Assembly: GCA_973895155.1 (NCBI GenBank)
Contig: OZ316892.1
Coordinates: forward strand, 4,610,510-4,674,509
Direction of reading: 5' to 3'
Origin: Marsupella aquatica
Lineage: Eukaryota > Plantae > Marchantiophyta
DNA: 64,000 nt
Of this stretch, positions 37,575 to 51,600 are shown piece after piece (the stretch's first letter is position 1; every line of letters starts with the position of its first letter). The notes beneath the pieces were generated by a model. That model was not told the DNA's origin. It did not search any database and saw only the letters and a program-made list of their open reading frames with translations. The position numbers and the translations under genes were made by a program.

Positions 37575-40500
37575 TCATACCATTGTTTGAAGATATTGAT
37601 CCAATGCACGTCTATCTATTGGATTCAACACATAAATACGATCCATAACCCCTTCTTTCATGGTTAAGCTAACACTAGTAATGACCATTTCAATATCCAT
37701 CCATTTCAAATAAGTGGTATCATATCTGAATTCACTTTTGCTCTTACCAATAGGACTATACCAATTTAACAACAGTTCACAGATGCTACCTGATTGCCCT
37801 ATGAGTGGAGTTGGCCTATCCATCAAATCAATAGGTGAGCGACAATTACCCCACCTACTACCATACTGCTGTCTCATTTGGACAATACGACCCAACCAAA
37901 AATATTTCTTACCTGCTGAGATTGCCTCCACAATAGCCTTATTCTTTCCTTTCCCTCCCTTTCCTTTTCCAGATCTAGTACTTGGAGTAGGATTATCATC
38001 ACACTCAAATGCAATTGCACAACCAGTGCCAACATCAACAAACCATGAGTTAGGATTGGCTTCTTGCACTTTTCTCTTGCCAGTACTATAGTATAGCACT
38101 TGTTTCACCCTTGTCAGCCTATCTTTTGACAAATGAGGATTGCCTACCAGCTGGCTTACTAGAGTGGACTTGTAAATCACCTTGCCTTCATAAGTACAGT
38201 CGGCACTACCTTGGTACGATTCTGCACATTAGTTACAGCATGGACAACTGATCCGAACACATGCCAAACTTCGTGGCCTAATATCTCAAGCTCATCTGAG
38301 GGGTCTACATCAAACTATAAGTCATCTCTGTGTTCATCATCTGAATGCATCTCAAGAACAACAATGGGATCTGATTTTGTTAACCATGCATCTATTCTAT
38401 TCAGATCATCCTCAGGATCTTCCAATTCATGAAAGTCTCCAGTTGGGCGAGGACCTATGTCTGGTGGTTGGTGCTCTACTTGCTCCTCAGAATCATTGCA
38501 AACAACTGCTTCCTTCAAAACCACCTCTAGTGGCCATGTCTCACCTTCCACAACCCAAGGACATGTCCACCATCTCTTTCTAGCTGCTGGTAAGGAACTT
38601 TGTGGACACATGATCTGCAACTGATGCATAAAATCTTTAGCAGCAAAAAACCTCCGTTAAGGGCTGCAACCACTAATTCATTGGTTTCAATGCTCAAGAG
38701 AATAGTCAAGTAGATTTGGTGTTGGATCCCCTTCCCCTACAGGATGAATCTCCCCCCATACAATATCTTGCTTCTTATGTGAGCGACCTATCTTCAAGCC
38801 TTCTGGTCCATATTCCAGAGCAGCGAGCCGGTTCAATCCAACAGTACTATCCAACAAAGAGCCAAAATCATAATTTTTCTCATGGCCATTCATGCCTCCT
38901 ACCTTGCTGAAAAAAATCTCACAACAGTCCGAACCTAGCAAGTGGAAGGGAACACTTAGATGTGGGTCCAACTTATCTCGAAAGGCACAAATTAACAGCA
39001 CAATGAAATGACATGACATGTTAACATCATGAAAGGCCTGAATAGACATCATGTCTTTCTCAGTGTGTGCTGCAAAGTTCCCACCCACTGAATGGTCACC
39101 AAACCTCAACCACAATCTCCACAAACGTAGAAAGAATGAGACCTTGGATGCTAACACATTACGGGACCTCAAGTCATGAATTGGAGAAAAGAAAATGTCT
39201 AAGTAATCTGCACAGATCTCCAAGTACAACTGAGTTCCTAAACTTTGTTCATGTCGTACATCTCTCCTCTCATACAAATCTTTCAGACATTGCTGCACTC
39301 TTCTTGCTGCTATTCGTTGTGGACCTGCCCAATTCTGTCGGCCAGTCCTATTCACATCATCCCAAGCCATGCCATGTTCATGAATTGGATAATGATTGTA
39401 GACATTAACTACATAAGATAAAGATGCATGTTGATCTCCTAGCACCAGTAAAGAAGACACTCTGTCTAAGGGGTTTATCATCTTTTTGCCATTGTGAGGT
39501 TGGTCTTGGTCACCAAAGCCATACAAATCCCCATTTGGTAGAATTGAAACAGAGCATGCGGCCCACCCTTCCCACCCAACTCCATACCTTGGGTATGATC
39601 CATTATGCCCTCTGTAATCTTCCAGCATCAACTTTCAGCGACGTGCATCACCATCACTAGCATGTCCAAGCAAAGGGCCTACCATAGCTCTACAATATTC
39701 ATCCCAAAAAGCCTTTAACTGGACCCAATGCTCTCGTACCCAAGAAGCTGTGAACTTATTACAAGTTGGAAACTGTGCACACACAGCCAGTTTAGGTAAG
39801 GACTCATGCAGAGGATTCACAATCACAACTTGGGCATACATGCACTTGGGGCATTGTTCAAATGTACTTACAATTTTATCATGAATACCCCTCATCACCT
39901 TCACCAACAAGAATTTCCAAACCATAGGAGCATACATGCTGCTCTGAAGGTCCGCAAAAACCAATGAGAGTATCATACTTTGCCTCCCACCTGAGACACA
40001 GACATGCAATTTTTCAATATCACACCAATTCAAGCCAAGTGCTATTTTTAAAGTCACTAAAACAACAATTGGAGAAAATAATGTAGGGTTCCAATTACCT
40101 AGGGCGTTCCTTGATCCTTGTTTCATCCTCAGCAAAGATAACAGGCACATCCCCCTCAATGCCCAATGAGTGCTTTGCAGCAGACAAGACTCTAGCAATC
40201 TCCTTAAAGGTTTCCTAGTCCGTAACCCGGTTCGAAAAGGCGTGAGTTTTGCTCTATCACATTTTAGGGTCACAAGGCTAGGGGCTGTCAAGTTTCGTGG
40301 AAAACAATGAGCAACTTGATAGCCCCCAAATTGGAACATAGCCTGCTCTAGTCCTGTTACTGTAATGATTACCTTTTGGCTTCCTGCCTAAATTGCGAGC
40401 TACATCCTTCAAGAAATCCCACAAACCCTCCTTACCACCAAATGCACCATTCCTTTGTCCATTCAAAATACTCCTAAGAAACAATCTCAAATCCTTCCTG

Positions 40501-42185
40501 TCTGCTACAACTCCTAACAACTCCTCTAGTTTTCTTTTCCTGGTGCATGCTCAAGGCACATACTTTTTGAGCCTGCGAAGCTAACAACCAATGCTCTTTT
40601 CGTCGCACAGAGTTCAGCTTGTGCACTTGATCTCTTAACTCTGGGTTGGTCAAATAATCCAATCGTATACCACCAGCAGTGGTTTGGCTCCCTCTGTGGA
40701 CTATTGCTTCCGCTTCCCTGTGCACCCATCCGCGAAAATCATCTTCTAGTGTTATACAATCACATTCACTACAAGTTAGGTTTTCAAATCCTCCTCCATT
40801 CTGTGATAACCTGAAGCAACCCTTGTGTCTAAAATAGTCTGCTATACTCACAACACAGTCTCTACTTGGATGGAAAACATCCAAGCAACAACTTGGCTCA
40901 CAATGCCATGTAATACCCCCAGACTGATCATCCAAAATGCTGGAAATATCATAAGATATACCCTTCCATAACACTCGAGGCTCACCTCTCTCTACCCATA
41001 ATCCCCAGCAAAGCAAACTCAGACCAAGATCAACAGATTCACACACACCTGAACCTGAACTGCTGCCTGTTCGGGACCCATCATCTTTAAAGAACTTCAA
41101 AATCCCGCTTTGACCAGGATATAGGTCCCTAGAATCAGTCCTCTTTGGCCTGCCCCTCTTCCCAGACCTCAAGGCAAGCATTCTTGTGTCATGCCTAGTC
41201 TCCAATGCATCCAAGTGATCTCGACTCACTAAGTGTGTCCTCAAATTGGGCTCCAAGGTAAACTTCTTGGGGGACAAGTCAGTGTGAAGCATTCCACAGA
41301 CATTACAACAAACCTTAAACAGGAAAGACCTGTTTGCATACTCAGGAGTACTGGGATCAGGAACAATAGAGAATAGTTTGCCATCATCCCCAAGCTCCGC
41401 ATTCAATCGCTGAACTATCGAGTCAACACCTACTTTGATGGCATCTGCATGATCATATTCTGGCTTCTCAGAAATGTCTGCTGCCTGAACCAAAGTAGAA
41501 GGAATGCCCCTTCTTCGACAATAGTTATCCTTGTGCTTATTCCATGTGACCAAGTGTTTGGTCTTAAAATTACTAAAGCAATTGGAGATGGATTTAGGGT
41601 TCTGAGAGTTGTCTGCATTGCCATAAGTTTCCCTACATTCAAGACACTAGCTCCAGATGCCCTCGAACATCTGTCCCCTCATCCCAGGTACGAATTCTCC
41701 AATTGTGATCACTATAACCCTTCTTATGTACCCATTTCTCTAACCTCATCCACTCATCTTTCCATAGCTTTGATGGGACATCTCCCATCAATTGTGACTC
41801 AAAAGAAGCCTTTACAGGGGAGGGTGCTGGTGCTGTTGGCCCCAGTTGTGGTGTCCCAACGTTTGGACCCAATGATGCTGGAGTGCAAGGATGACAGGGC
41901 AGTGGTGGGATCCTCCCACCATCTCCCAAGTTCTTGTTGTATAACAATAACTCTTCCATCTAGCTCAGACAGATCAATTAATTTCTCATGTACAAGTTTC
42001 ACTCGACCAGGAAGTCTCTCATCCCAAAAATCAAAGTCAAAGTCTAGAGTAGAGCCAATACGAGCCCTAAAATCATGTAATGTGTGTTTTTCTTTGAAGG
42101 ACAAAACACAGAATGGTAAATCAGCCTTGTCATCCCCAAGTTTGCGTATTAATTTATCAGAGTTAGGTTTAGGGGCAGCTGCCAT
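37575..42185 (-). pseudogene. P-element-like transposase, multiply frameshifted
   Basis: GHASDGDARR, QDQPHNGKKMINPL (DxxH), RQNW, GTQLYL and LLGSDCCEIFFSKVGG follow the P/THAP9 core motif order. An N-terminal CNVCG...HLVSRDH zinc finger is present. Confidence 0.7.
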
Positions 42186-42685
42186 TGCAATACAAAGCTA
42201 GAACATGCATAGCACCATTGCTTTTGGAGTCAATAAGAAAAAGACCTGCACTGTAAATACATTTGGAATGATTAGACACAATGCAAACCCATTAGGATGT
42301 TTACAAGATACTGAGAGCATACACATTCTCATGTACTAGACAATGCTAGCATACATTGAACAAGGGAAGTGCAATATAGGTCAAAACACTTTATAATGAT
42401 TGCCTTTATACATCCAAAATGTCTTAAGTGATAATCATGGTATACCGTACCAAATGTTGCACAAATGATCTTTCGACAAAAATATAGTTTGCTTCTCCTT
42501 TCCTAAGAATTCCTGATGTTTAGTGCTTCTGCTGATCAAAATGCAGCACTATTAGTGACCATAATTATAGCAAAATGTCAGCACTAATAAAAGTGGGTAC
42601 TACCATGATGCAGCTGAAGTAGTTTCCTCAAGTACTGATACCCCACTAAGACTTCTAAACCAGAGGTTCAAGTTCATTATTGAGA

Positions 42686-43411
42686 TCACTGGATCCATGA
42701 AATGTGGTATCTAATTGGAGTGTTGAGGTGTGGATCAATAGGATGACGGGGGCAGTAAAACATTTGTCGTTGTTGTCCATGTGCTTCATGGTCCCAGATC
42801 TCCCTATCATAAGCAAACCCTTTGCTTTTGATCATGGAGAGACAATCTGTATGCCAGGCTTTAGGACATCGTAGACATTGTACCATGTCTTGACCATCTC
42901 ACCCTCAAGACTCTAATAACACATGTGTCACACATGTGTGTAGTGGGCAGGACTTTGCATCAACTACCAAACACCGAAAGCAATAAAATCGAACACAAAA
43001 ATGATCAGGGCATTTCCACACAATTTCAGGTGATGGCCCCACAATCCCGCCCACAATGCGGCACCCATACCACATGGCTTGATCCTTGTTACAATTTGGG
43101 CAAAACCATGGCTTCCCTCCATGATGTACAGGAAGGACTACACAAGGGCAGGAATCGTCGGGGGCTTCATCGCCAAACACATAATGAAATTGCCTGTGAC
43201 ATGGTCCATCGCAGATTACCAGCTTCCCACCATGCTCACAAATTGCACAAACATGAGGTCTGGTTTGTAGAATCTCTTGCTCAGAGAATAACGGAATACG
43301 CAATACCTCTTCTGAAGAGGCTCCTCCATCCACGGACTGTGTTGCTTTCTTTATGTTTGAAGTCCTTGTCGGCATGGTTGTAATAACTGTACTGATCACA
43401 AAGCACATCAC
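42686..43411 (-). pseudogene. Tandem PHD-finger protein (EDM2/NSD-like), frameshifted near 42890-42910
   Basis: CAICEHGGKLVICDGPCHRQFH...WFCPNC...CPLHTC...QCLRCPKAWH...FYCPRH. Confidence 0.8.
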
Positions 43412-46129
43412 ATGTTAGAGTGACCTATATGATAGTGGGCAATCCATAGACAAAGAAAAGGTTAATCATAGTCCTGAGTTGGAGAAATTGACAATTGAAG
43501 TAGTTACAAACCTACCTCCAATGCTCTGCAAACCTCCCTCCCAACCAATATTCACTAAGAATGAATAGATGAAGTCAACTAAATAGTGCAACCTGGACAC
43601 CCACCAACCAAGAAATACATAAATCAATGCAAGCTTGGCAATTTTTGCCACATAATGGGAACACAAATTGTTTTCATATATCATGGATGGTACAGTTGTA
43701 GCCTTGCAAACAAAGGCCTAGTGATGAACAATGCATCCATTGCCTATACCTCAGCTTTATCTGGAAAACTATGTGGGACTACAATTATATCAAGCTCAGT
43801 TATATCTGGAATACTATCAGGGACTACAATATCAAGTGTATCCGGGATGACAATCTTGCGTAAAAGACATTCATTTTGAGGCCAAATGGTTGGCCTTATA
43901 CAAGAGCACTTCCAGCGGTGTGTGACAACTTTGCCGTTCTTTGCCATGTATGTCCTAGTAACAAGTCTTCCACGCATTTTCAAGCAAAAGCAATGGAACC
44001 ATTCAAAATTGCCATTGCCAACCCTGCACTTGACACAGGATTCACACTAGCAGCATTCGTCTGGATGCTGCAAAAGGAGCTTCTCACAATTCTCCTCTAG
44101 GGTAATCTTCAATATAGCCATGACACTATTTTTTGTAAATGATGAATGTAACAATGTCTACGGTCAGTAACAATGTCTACAAGTAATCAGAATGGGGCAA
44201 CACCTCAACTGCCTCTGCGCTCGACAGACCTAAAGAATCTCACAACATCTCCAGGCACCACACTTCAAAAAGAGTTTGATCCGCCCAACAGCTCAACATC
44301 AACTCTAGTGTTCAATAGAAGAAATATTGCCCACATGTCAAAATTAACTTCATGGACTACATTAGAATTCCCCTACTACATTTGAAGCTAAATAAACTTC
44401 TGCTCGAGACTAGAAATGGTTGAAGTCATGGATGGAAATGACATACCTGAAATTCAATACCACCACAGGTCCCGTACTATACCTCAACTCAACATTAGGT
44501 TGCAGCAGCATAAAGATAGGTGCTCCTCAACAGCCCCTTGCTTTGCCTGTACCCCTGCAACTACCTAAGGGTGAACTGAATCATTCAATAAGAACTATCC
44601 AGCAGCAAGTTCTAGTCAAAATTTCCCAACATGAACACACTTTTGCACAGAGATGTGTGACCTAGTCCTTACAAAATTGATAGCTAAGCAAAACAAGTTT
44701 TGATGTAGTGTCCAGAGCCTGGTCCAGACTAGTAAGCATGCAATTAATGTTGCAAACATGTTCGAGTCCCCTAAGTCATACTTGATTTCACTTTGAGGTG
44801 TAAAAAATGAGACACTTTTATTAGCCCTCAGCAACTCAACAGCAGTCCAACAGCCATAGGAGCCTGAAAACAAAGCAAGTTTTGGTTTTAGCCTCGGTTC
44901 CAATAAGCAATGAATAAAAAATGAATCACTCAGTTTGCAATGATGCCCCATAGTAGAACAAGAGTTGTCAATCCTATTCCACTATGAGCTAGAACTATTG
45001 CTCACTTGAAGACTAAGCTCCGGAGCGAGTTCTAAAAATGAGCGTACCTGAACGTAGTTGAAATCTCCCTGGAAATTGTCTCAGCTGATTTTCTGATTTC
45101 CAGAGGCAGCCCAATGTTTCTCCCTACAGCGCAGCCCACCTCTCAACCTCATCGTAGCCCAACAACTGAAAACGCAACTGAAAGCACAACGTCAATCAAT
45201 GGCATCTAGCTACAGCACAACATTGATCAACAACAACATTGTTGTGAGAGCTCACTAGAGCTTGATCATAACTCCTTTACAATAAGCCGGTTCATAGCAC
45301 TTCATCTTGATCAGCACACAGCGAGTAGCACAAACAAAGCAAGCAACTTCCTCTCAACTAAGCCTGCAATTTTGGGACACAGTTGCCATAGAAACCTGCA
45401 TAGAAAGCACAATATATTGTCAAAGCAAGCAATGCAGCTTAGCGCAGCTCAGCTCTAGCTTGGATTGCAGCCCAGCTCAACCAGATTGCAGCACAACTCT
45501 GAACTCGACCGCAACCCACCTCGTAGCGCAAAGTACCAGGTCAAGTAATGTAGCTCAACGTAGCAACATAGCTCAACAAGGGAAGCTCAGTCTCTCACCA
45601 ATAGCTCTAAATCGTAGCAGTTCAGCAGCAGCCTCAATCGCAGCACTAGCCTCAATTGCAGCAACAGTCCAACAACAGCCTCAATCGCAACAGCAGTCCA
45701 ACAACACTTGATTGCAGCAGCAGCGTACGTAGCTCAGCTCTCAACCGGATTGCAGGCAATGCAACTCACGGATTGCAACACAATGCAGCCCAGCTCAGGT
45801 CACAGCCTAGTAACCAGATTGCAGCCCAACTCCCAACCTGATCGCAGCCCACCTTGTAGCCCACCTTGCAGCCCAACTTCAACTGATCGAAAGCACTTCA
45901 TCTCAATCAGCAAAAAGTGAGAAGCACAAACAAAGCAAGCAACTTACTTCCTCTTGACTAAGCCTACAATTTGGAACATGACTTCAATCCATAGAAAGCC
46001 TGATTGTCAAAGCAAGAAATGAAGAGCACTCGGGCCATACCAGAGTTGATAGAGCAACACTCCGTTTGAGCAAGCAGCGCAACACTTGCAACCCTCACAG
46101 AAGAGCACTCTGACCCTAGCTTGCCTCCC

Positions 46130-46360
46130 TCACAGCGCAACACTCACCTCCTTTGCAGCGCAACACTTCCCTTGATCATAGTGCAGCACTCACCTCCGTC
46201 GCCTCCCTTGTAGCGCCTCCCTCGTAACGCCTCCCTCGCCTCCCTCACAACACAACTTTTGCCTCCCTTGTAGCGCCTCCCTTACAGCACAACTTTCGCC
46301 TCCCTCGTAGCGCCTTCCTCGCCTCCCTCACAACACAACTTTCACCTCCCTCGCAATCCT
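46130..46360. repeat. Degenerate cgcctccctc short repeats near the P-like right end
   Basis: Multiple gcctccct(c/t) units. Confidence 0.7.
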
Positions 46361-46723
46361 CACAAAGCAATAGCTCCCGGCAATAGTGCAGGAGTGGAAC
46401 ACTCAGCACTCACCATCATCGGCTCCACTCATGTATATATATACCCCATCCAAAATTCTTGCCACCTCAAATATGTGGACTACCCAATTGAGTAGCCCCT
46501 AATTTGAAATGAGTGCCACATGGCCCAATCCCATAGTGACACGTGTATACTCTTTTTTCTTGTAGCATATTACCCTATCTTTCCTCAACCCATTCCATGG
46601 ACATGGACCCCCCCCAAAAAAAATCCTATCATTCTTTAAAGTGTGTTTATGAATAAATTGGACCCTATACTTTCTTGCACGTGATGTGCTATTTTCGCCA
46701 AGTGAGACCCCCGAGGTCTAAGC

Positions 46724-46900
46724 AAGTTGCTAATTGATGGGAAACATGGGCCTGTCAATTCATGACATGAATTATTGAAAAATATAGGACGCAATTCAAT
46801 GAGGTGAAGCAGGGCAAAGAATGCTTCCTTTTCCATCCTGCAAATTTGCCTAAAGTTGCCAGCACAAGGAGGATATGCATGGTCGAGGAGTTGGGGATTT
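46724..46900 (-). pseudogene. PIF/Harbinger transposase, N-terminal part
   Basis: NFRQICRMEKEAFFALLHLIELRPIFFNNS. With frameshifts it continues across the TSD as HQLATCLDR/LGH...WGVSIGSCVNYTTRCVTAL. Confidence 0.8.
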
Positions 46901-47209
46901 CCCCACCTGACTTGGTGAATCAGTGTACCATAACAAAGAAGTGGGGATTCCGGACATCTTAGGGAATTTGGTTGAAAATACCCATGCTTTCCCATACATA
47001 ACGAGGGATTTGATACTTCTAGCAGTTCGACATTTCCCTGGGGTAATTTGCCTATGTGTCCCACAGGCGTGACATTTGGGGCGTTTCCCATAATATACCC
47101 AACTACAGAAGGGTTTAGCGCCTCCGCATTTCCCCACATTTGCGTGTTTATTTGTATAAGCCGGAGGCAGTTGGCATAATCCAGGTCCTTGGATGGTTGC
47201 GCTCTCCGC

Positions 47210-48200
47210 AACATCCGTGTGCATATTACCCGCATACCGTGGGGTATCACTGGGGTATTTGGGATGTCAGCGTCCAATTGCCGCTCTCCAAGTGGCTTCG
47301 CTGAGGTGTGCAGGATGATAGTCATCTCCACCATCTAATTTTGCTGTGGTAAAGTGGGGATTCCGTGTGCATATTACCCGCATACCCGTGGGGTATCTCT
47401 GGGGTATTTGGGATGTCAGCGTCCAATTGCCACTCTCCAAGTGGCTTCGTTGAGGTGTGCAGGATGATATTCATCTCCACCATCCAATTTTGCTGTGGTA
47501 AAGTGGGGATTCCGTGTGCATATTACCCGCATACCGTGGGGTATCTCTGGGGTATTTGGGTTGTCAGCGTCCAATTGCCGCTCTCCAAGTGGCTTCGCTG
47601 GCAGCCCGGCCTGGAGGTGCGCAGGATGATATGCATCTCCACCATCCAATTTTGCTGTGGCTAAGTGGGGATTCCGTGTGCATATTACCCGCATACATTA
47701 GTGTATCTCTGGGGTATTTGGGTTGTCAGCGTCCAATGGCCGCTCTCCAGGTGGCCTCGCTGGCAGCCCTGGAGGTGTGCAGGATGATATGCATCTCCAC
47801 CATCCAAATTTCCTTTTGTAAAGTGGGGGTTCTGTGTGCACATTACCCGCATACCCTGGGGTATCGATGGGGTATTTGGTATGCCACTTCCAATTGCCAC
47901 TCTCCAGGTGGCTTCGCTAACAGCCCTGGAGGTTTGCAGGATGATATGCATCTTCACCGTCTAGATTTCCTATGTCGAAGCGGGGATTACTTGTGCATTT
48001 TACCTGCATACCGTGGGGTATTTGTAGGGTATTTTTGATTCCAGGCTTCTTGCTGCGTCAAATTGCATCCGCATCGTCAAATTCCAGGATAATGTGCATC
48101 CGCATCGTCCAAATTGCCTACGATGAAGTGGGGATTCACGATGTAACGCCTATGTATTGTGGGGTATTGGGGGATCCTCACGTATTACCAATGGGGTATT
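47210..48200. repeat. ~148-162 bp tandem repeat, about 6 copies, decaying rightwards
   Basis: gtgtgcatattacccgcataccgtggggtatc recurs at ~47217, 47365, 47514, 47676, 47833 and 47990. Confidence 0.9.
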
Positions 48201-48632
48201 AAAAATGTCTGGCGTCCCAAGATGAATTGCATCGAAAACCATCCAGTCATATTGCCAATGAATACCATGAAATGTCGATGGGTATCGTGAATGTAAGGTT
48301 CTTTATTGGGCCCAGCTTACGCAAATCAAATTTCTAATATGGTTTTGAATCATTTCCTCATAGCGTTGTAAATAAGATCATAGTGAGTTAAGTAGCATTC
48401 ATTTGTACATTAGAAACTAAGTACGTTAGCAACTCCCATCTCTCTCTCTCTCTCTATATATATGTATATATATATATATGTGAAACACGAAGCAAGTAGT
48501 GGTGGCCCTTGGTCAATATATAATGCAATCATATTCATAACCTGTCTAGCTTGTGCCGTTCATAGAGCGATGCAGGTATGCTATCTATGTAGTGAGTACT
48601 ATACCTCTTCCCCGGCTTTCTTCATAGCATTT

Positions 48633-51600
48633 TCAGGGAAGATCCTTTGCTGGCCATTGGCATTTAAAGCCGGAAGATGTGTAACGATCACTACATTCTA
48701 CTCTACAATCCACCTGGCCACCATGTCCAATAACTCTGATGCATTCTTCTGAGCGTGTTTGGTGAATGGCTTGGCGGTAGTCTTTGACTGCTTGTTTGTA
48801 TCTGCTACAAACGTGCGCAATTTGGCCTCCACTTTGCAGGTCTTCATCAAACCCATGGCTCTCATGCACAATACTAGTTTGGCGTCTTTGGTGAGCTTTT
48901 CAAAATTCTGCAAAAGTTACAGTCTTTGGTGAGCTTTTTAAAATATGGTAGTACACCAATGACAAGCTATAAATGATTATTTACAAAATCGTGCAAAACT
49001 TCTCAGTATATGCTTACTATATTGGAGTCTCCAGAAGCCTGGGACTTGTTACTTCTCGTCGACCGGGTTCCTTGAGCACACAAAACTTCTTCCTGGTTTG
49101 CCTGTACATATATAATGACCACATAATGAGACCACAAGAGTACGTTCCACACATACAATTTCTGTCTACACATTGTACACAATGATCGCTGCAACCTAAT
49201 AAAGACTGCTGGCTTACAATGGATGGAAATAAGAAATCATACCATGTTTTTACCGGTCAACAACCGTTCCCTTGCATCCTCTTGTACCTTTGTTGAAATA
49301 GCTCTAAATGAAGGTACGTTTTCTTTGCCTGGGTTCGGACCCTTGCCTCTTCGTGCTCTACTCAATGGTTGATTTAGGTCCCGAATGCTTGCAAGGACTC
49401 CACCTTGTTCCTTCTCGGTCTTAACCTGCCATGCATATGTGGATGTGCAAATCATTGTATATATTGGTGAACCTAGGCTCAAAGTAGAATGAATTGCAAA
49501 GTCATATACATCACTTACAATAGAACTTTTAGGCCATTATAATAATTGCAATATACAAAACTTATACATACAATGATATATGATATATACCTTGGACAGT
49601 AGCGGGTTGTTTCCCCCTACAGGACTGCTCTCAATCTTTTGTCTTTTTACCTGAAAAATAAGTATAAAGAAAACTCGGTGTCTTAATTATAATTACGTAC
49701 GTATGATATATAAGAACGCAACTAGGATGACAAAATACTCGTACCTCCGGTTCCGGTTGATCGTTAGGCCTTATATTAGTGTCTTCATCATCCTCGTCAG
49801 ATTCAATGTAAAGTTGGGTGGATGTAGTGAAGCAATCAACTTGCAAGTTGATAGTTGATGTTGACGATGTTTTCTCCTGGCTGCATGTAGTGGTATCCAG
49901 TACTTCAGTATCCTCGCTTGGCTCTCCATCGCTGGACCTGACCGCATCATCTGCTTTGCTTTCCTCTCTATGCTCTACTTCCGCCCCTCCCTCTGCATCT
50001 TCTTCATGGCCAGCTAATGCCAACACTCGCTTCTTCGGTTTTGAAAGAGGGTTTTCCTCAACGTCAGGCATCTCCGGTAACCCCGCTCCATTGGAGGCCT
50101 TTCCTGAGACAGCAGAACCCTCAGGAGAGGGACCTATCTCCGGTAACCCCGCTCTCTTGGAGGTCTTTCCTGAAACAACAGAACCCTGAGGAGAGGGACC
50201 TGAATACGATTGGCATACTTTATGAGCCAGATTGGGACTCGTGGAACAATATGCTCTCCGAACAAAAATGGACATGTCCTGCAATATGTACATGCACATC
50301 AATAGTGACGGTGCATGAGTGCCAGGGAATCTTGCAATATAAATATATTGTAGAAAACCAGATTCATTCAACATCTCTACCTCTCGATACATATCGATTG
50401 GGCAACATGAAAAAACCTGTAGAACCCGGAGAAGCAGATTCATTCCGATGCAATGAACCTAGGGTTGGTAAATGCATATATTTATATATGTATATGGCAC
50501 CATACTTACTGGTTTTAAGTGCCCAAACTGTACCATCTGCAGACCCTTTGAAGGTGTCATTGCTGGCACCCAGTAAGGCGCCAGCAATGACGGATTACCA
50601 TCAGACAAGGCCTTCATGAACTTAATCTTCCACCATCTCACTTTCTTAATAACATGGACGCTCTCTGGTATTCCATGACCAACGACCTCTCCACTGTACT
50701 GCCCCCTATACCTTACAGACTTATCGGCGTCTCTCATTTGCAGTTCTACCAAGGTCACCTTGAATGCATACGCACGAAGTTCCACAAAAATCTCTGGGTA
50801 TGATTGTCCATGTCCAATGGCAATCGCTTCATCTGCATCTGGTTCTACCTTCATATCTGCAAAATCAGTCGGCTCCTTTTTTTGGGCCGTAGGGATGGCA
50901 CCTGCAATGAAATTCAGTGCAAGTACTTGAGGTTAATTCCAGGGTATTTCCAGGTTATTTCCAAGTTGCGAAAGATAGAACACAGTTCATTGCCAAAATC
51001 AATGGCACTGCGCTAACTAATGAATGGGAATCTGTCAGTACGTACCTTTCTTGATTTTTGCATTTGCTTTCCTCCATTCATGCTTTCTGTTCTTGACGAC
51101 CTCAAATAGGAAGCTTTCTGGCCAAGGCATCTCATGTTTAGATCTGGTTTCTGGACACTCAAATTTGAGAGGTGAAAGTTTGTGCATTCTACTCTGAACA
51201 TACAATCGACAATTCTCTTTTGTCTTTGTGTCAGACTTGAAATCTGCACTGAGGTATTCGTATATCTCCTTGTCGGCGGCGAAATTCGCAAACCAATTCC
51301 TCACCGTTATGTAATTTGCCTTGTGAGCTTGGTGCGCTTCTACATGCTTAGAAGCCAGAATGGATCGTCCTCCAGATTTGTTGGTCACATTGAAGATGTC
51401 CTCTGCCGAAGGATAGAACTGTGCACAGCAGCGTCGAAACACACATCAGCGTGTATTCAATGAAACAAAAAAACTACCATTGAGCACTACATTAGATGCC
51501 TTCGCGTGATTATCAGAAGAGGTCCTTGCCGTGGTCGCAATGGATTTCAATAGGCTAATTTAATGTCACGGGAGACAAACAACTTACTTGATGATGCTTG

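Larger units (their letters stand above)
36970..46715 (-). mobile_element. P-element-like DNA transposon, 9746 bp, 15-bp TIRs, 8-bp TSD
   Basis: CTCGGGGGTCTCACT (36970-36984) is inverted at 46701-46715. The direct repeat GTCTAAGC lies at 36962-36969 and 46716-46723. Removing the element rejoins the Harbinger transposase sequence. Confidence 0.9.

Noticed and set aside
36963-46722. Alternative reading of a 16-bp TIR with a 6-bp TSD (TCTAAG)
   Set aside because: This is formally possible. The 8-bp GTCTAAGC reading is equally symmetric and fits the P-like transposase, but other copies are needed to settle it.
46900-48202. ORFs across the 150-bp array, including the N-terminus of 46636-47334
   Set aside because: They are repeat-derived. 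Only the last ~55 codons before the TSD look like Harbinger transposase.
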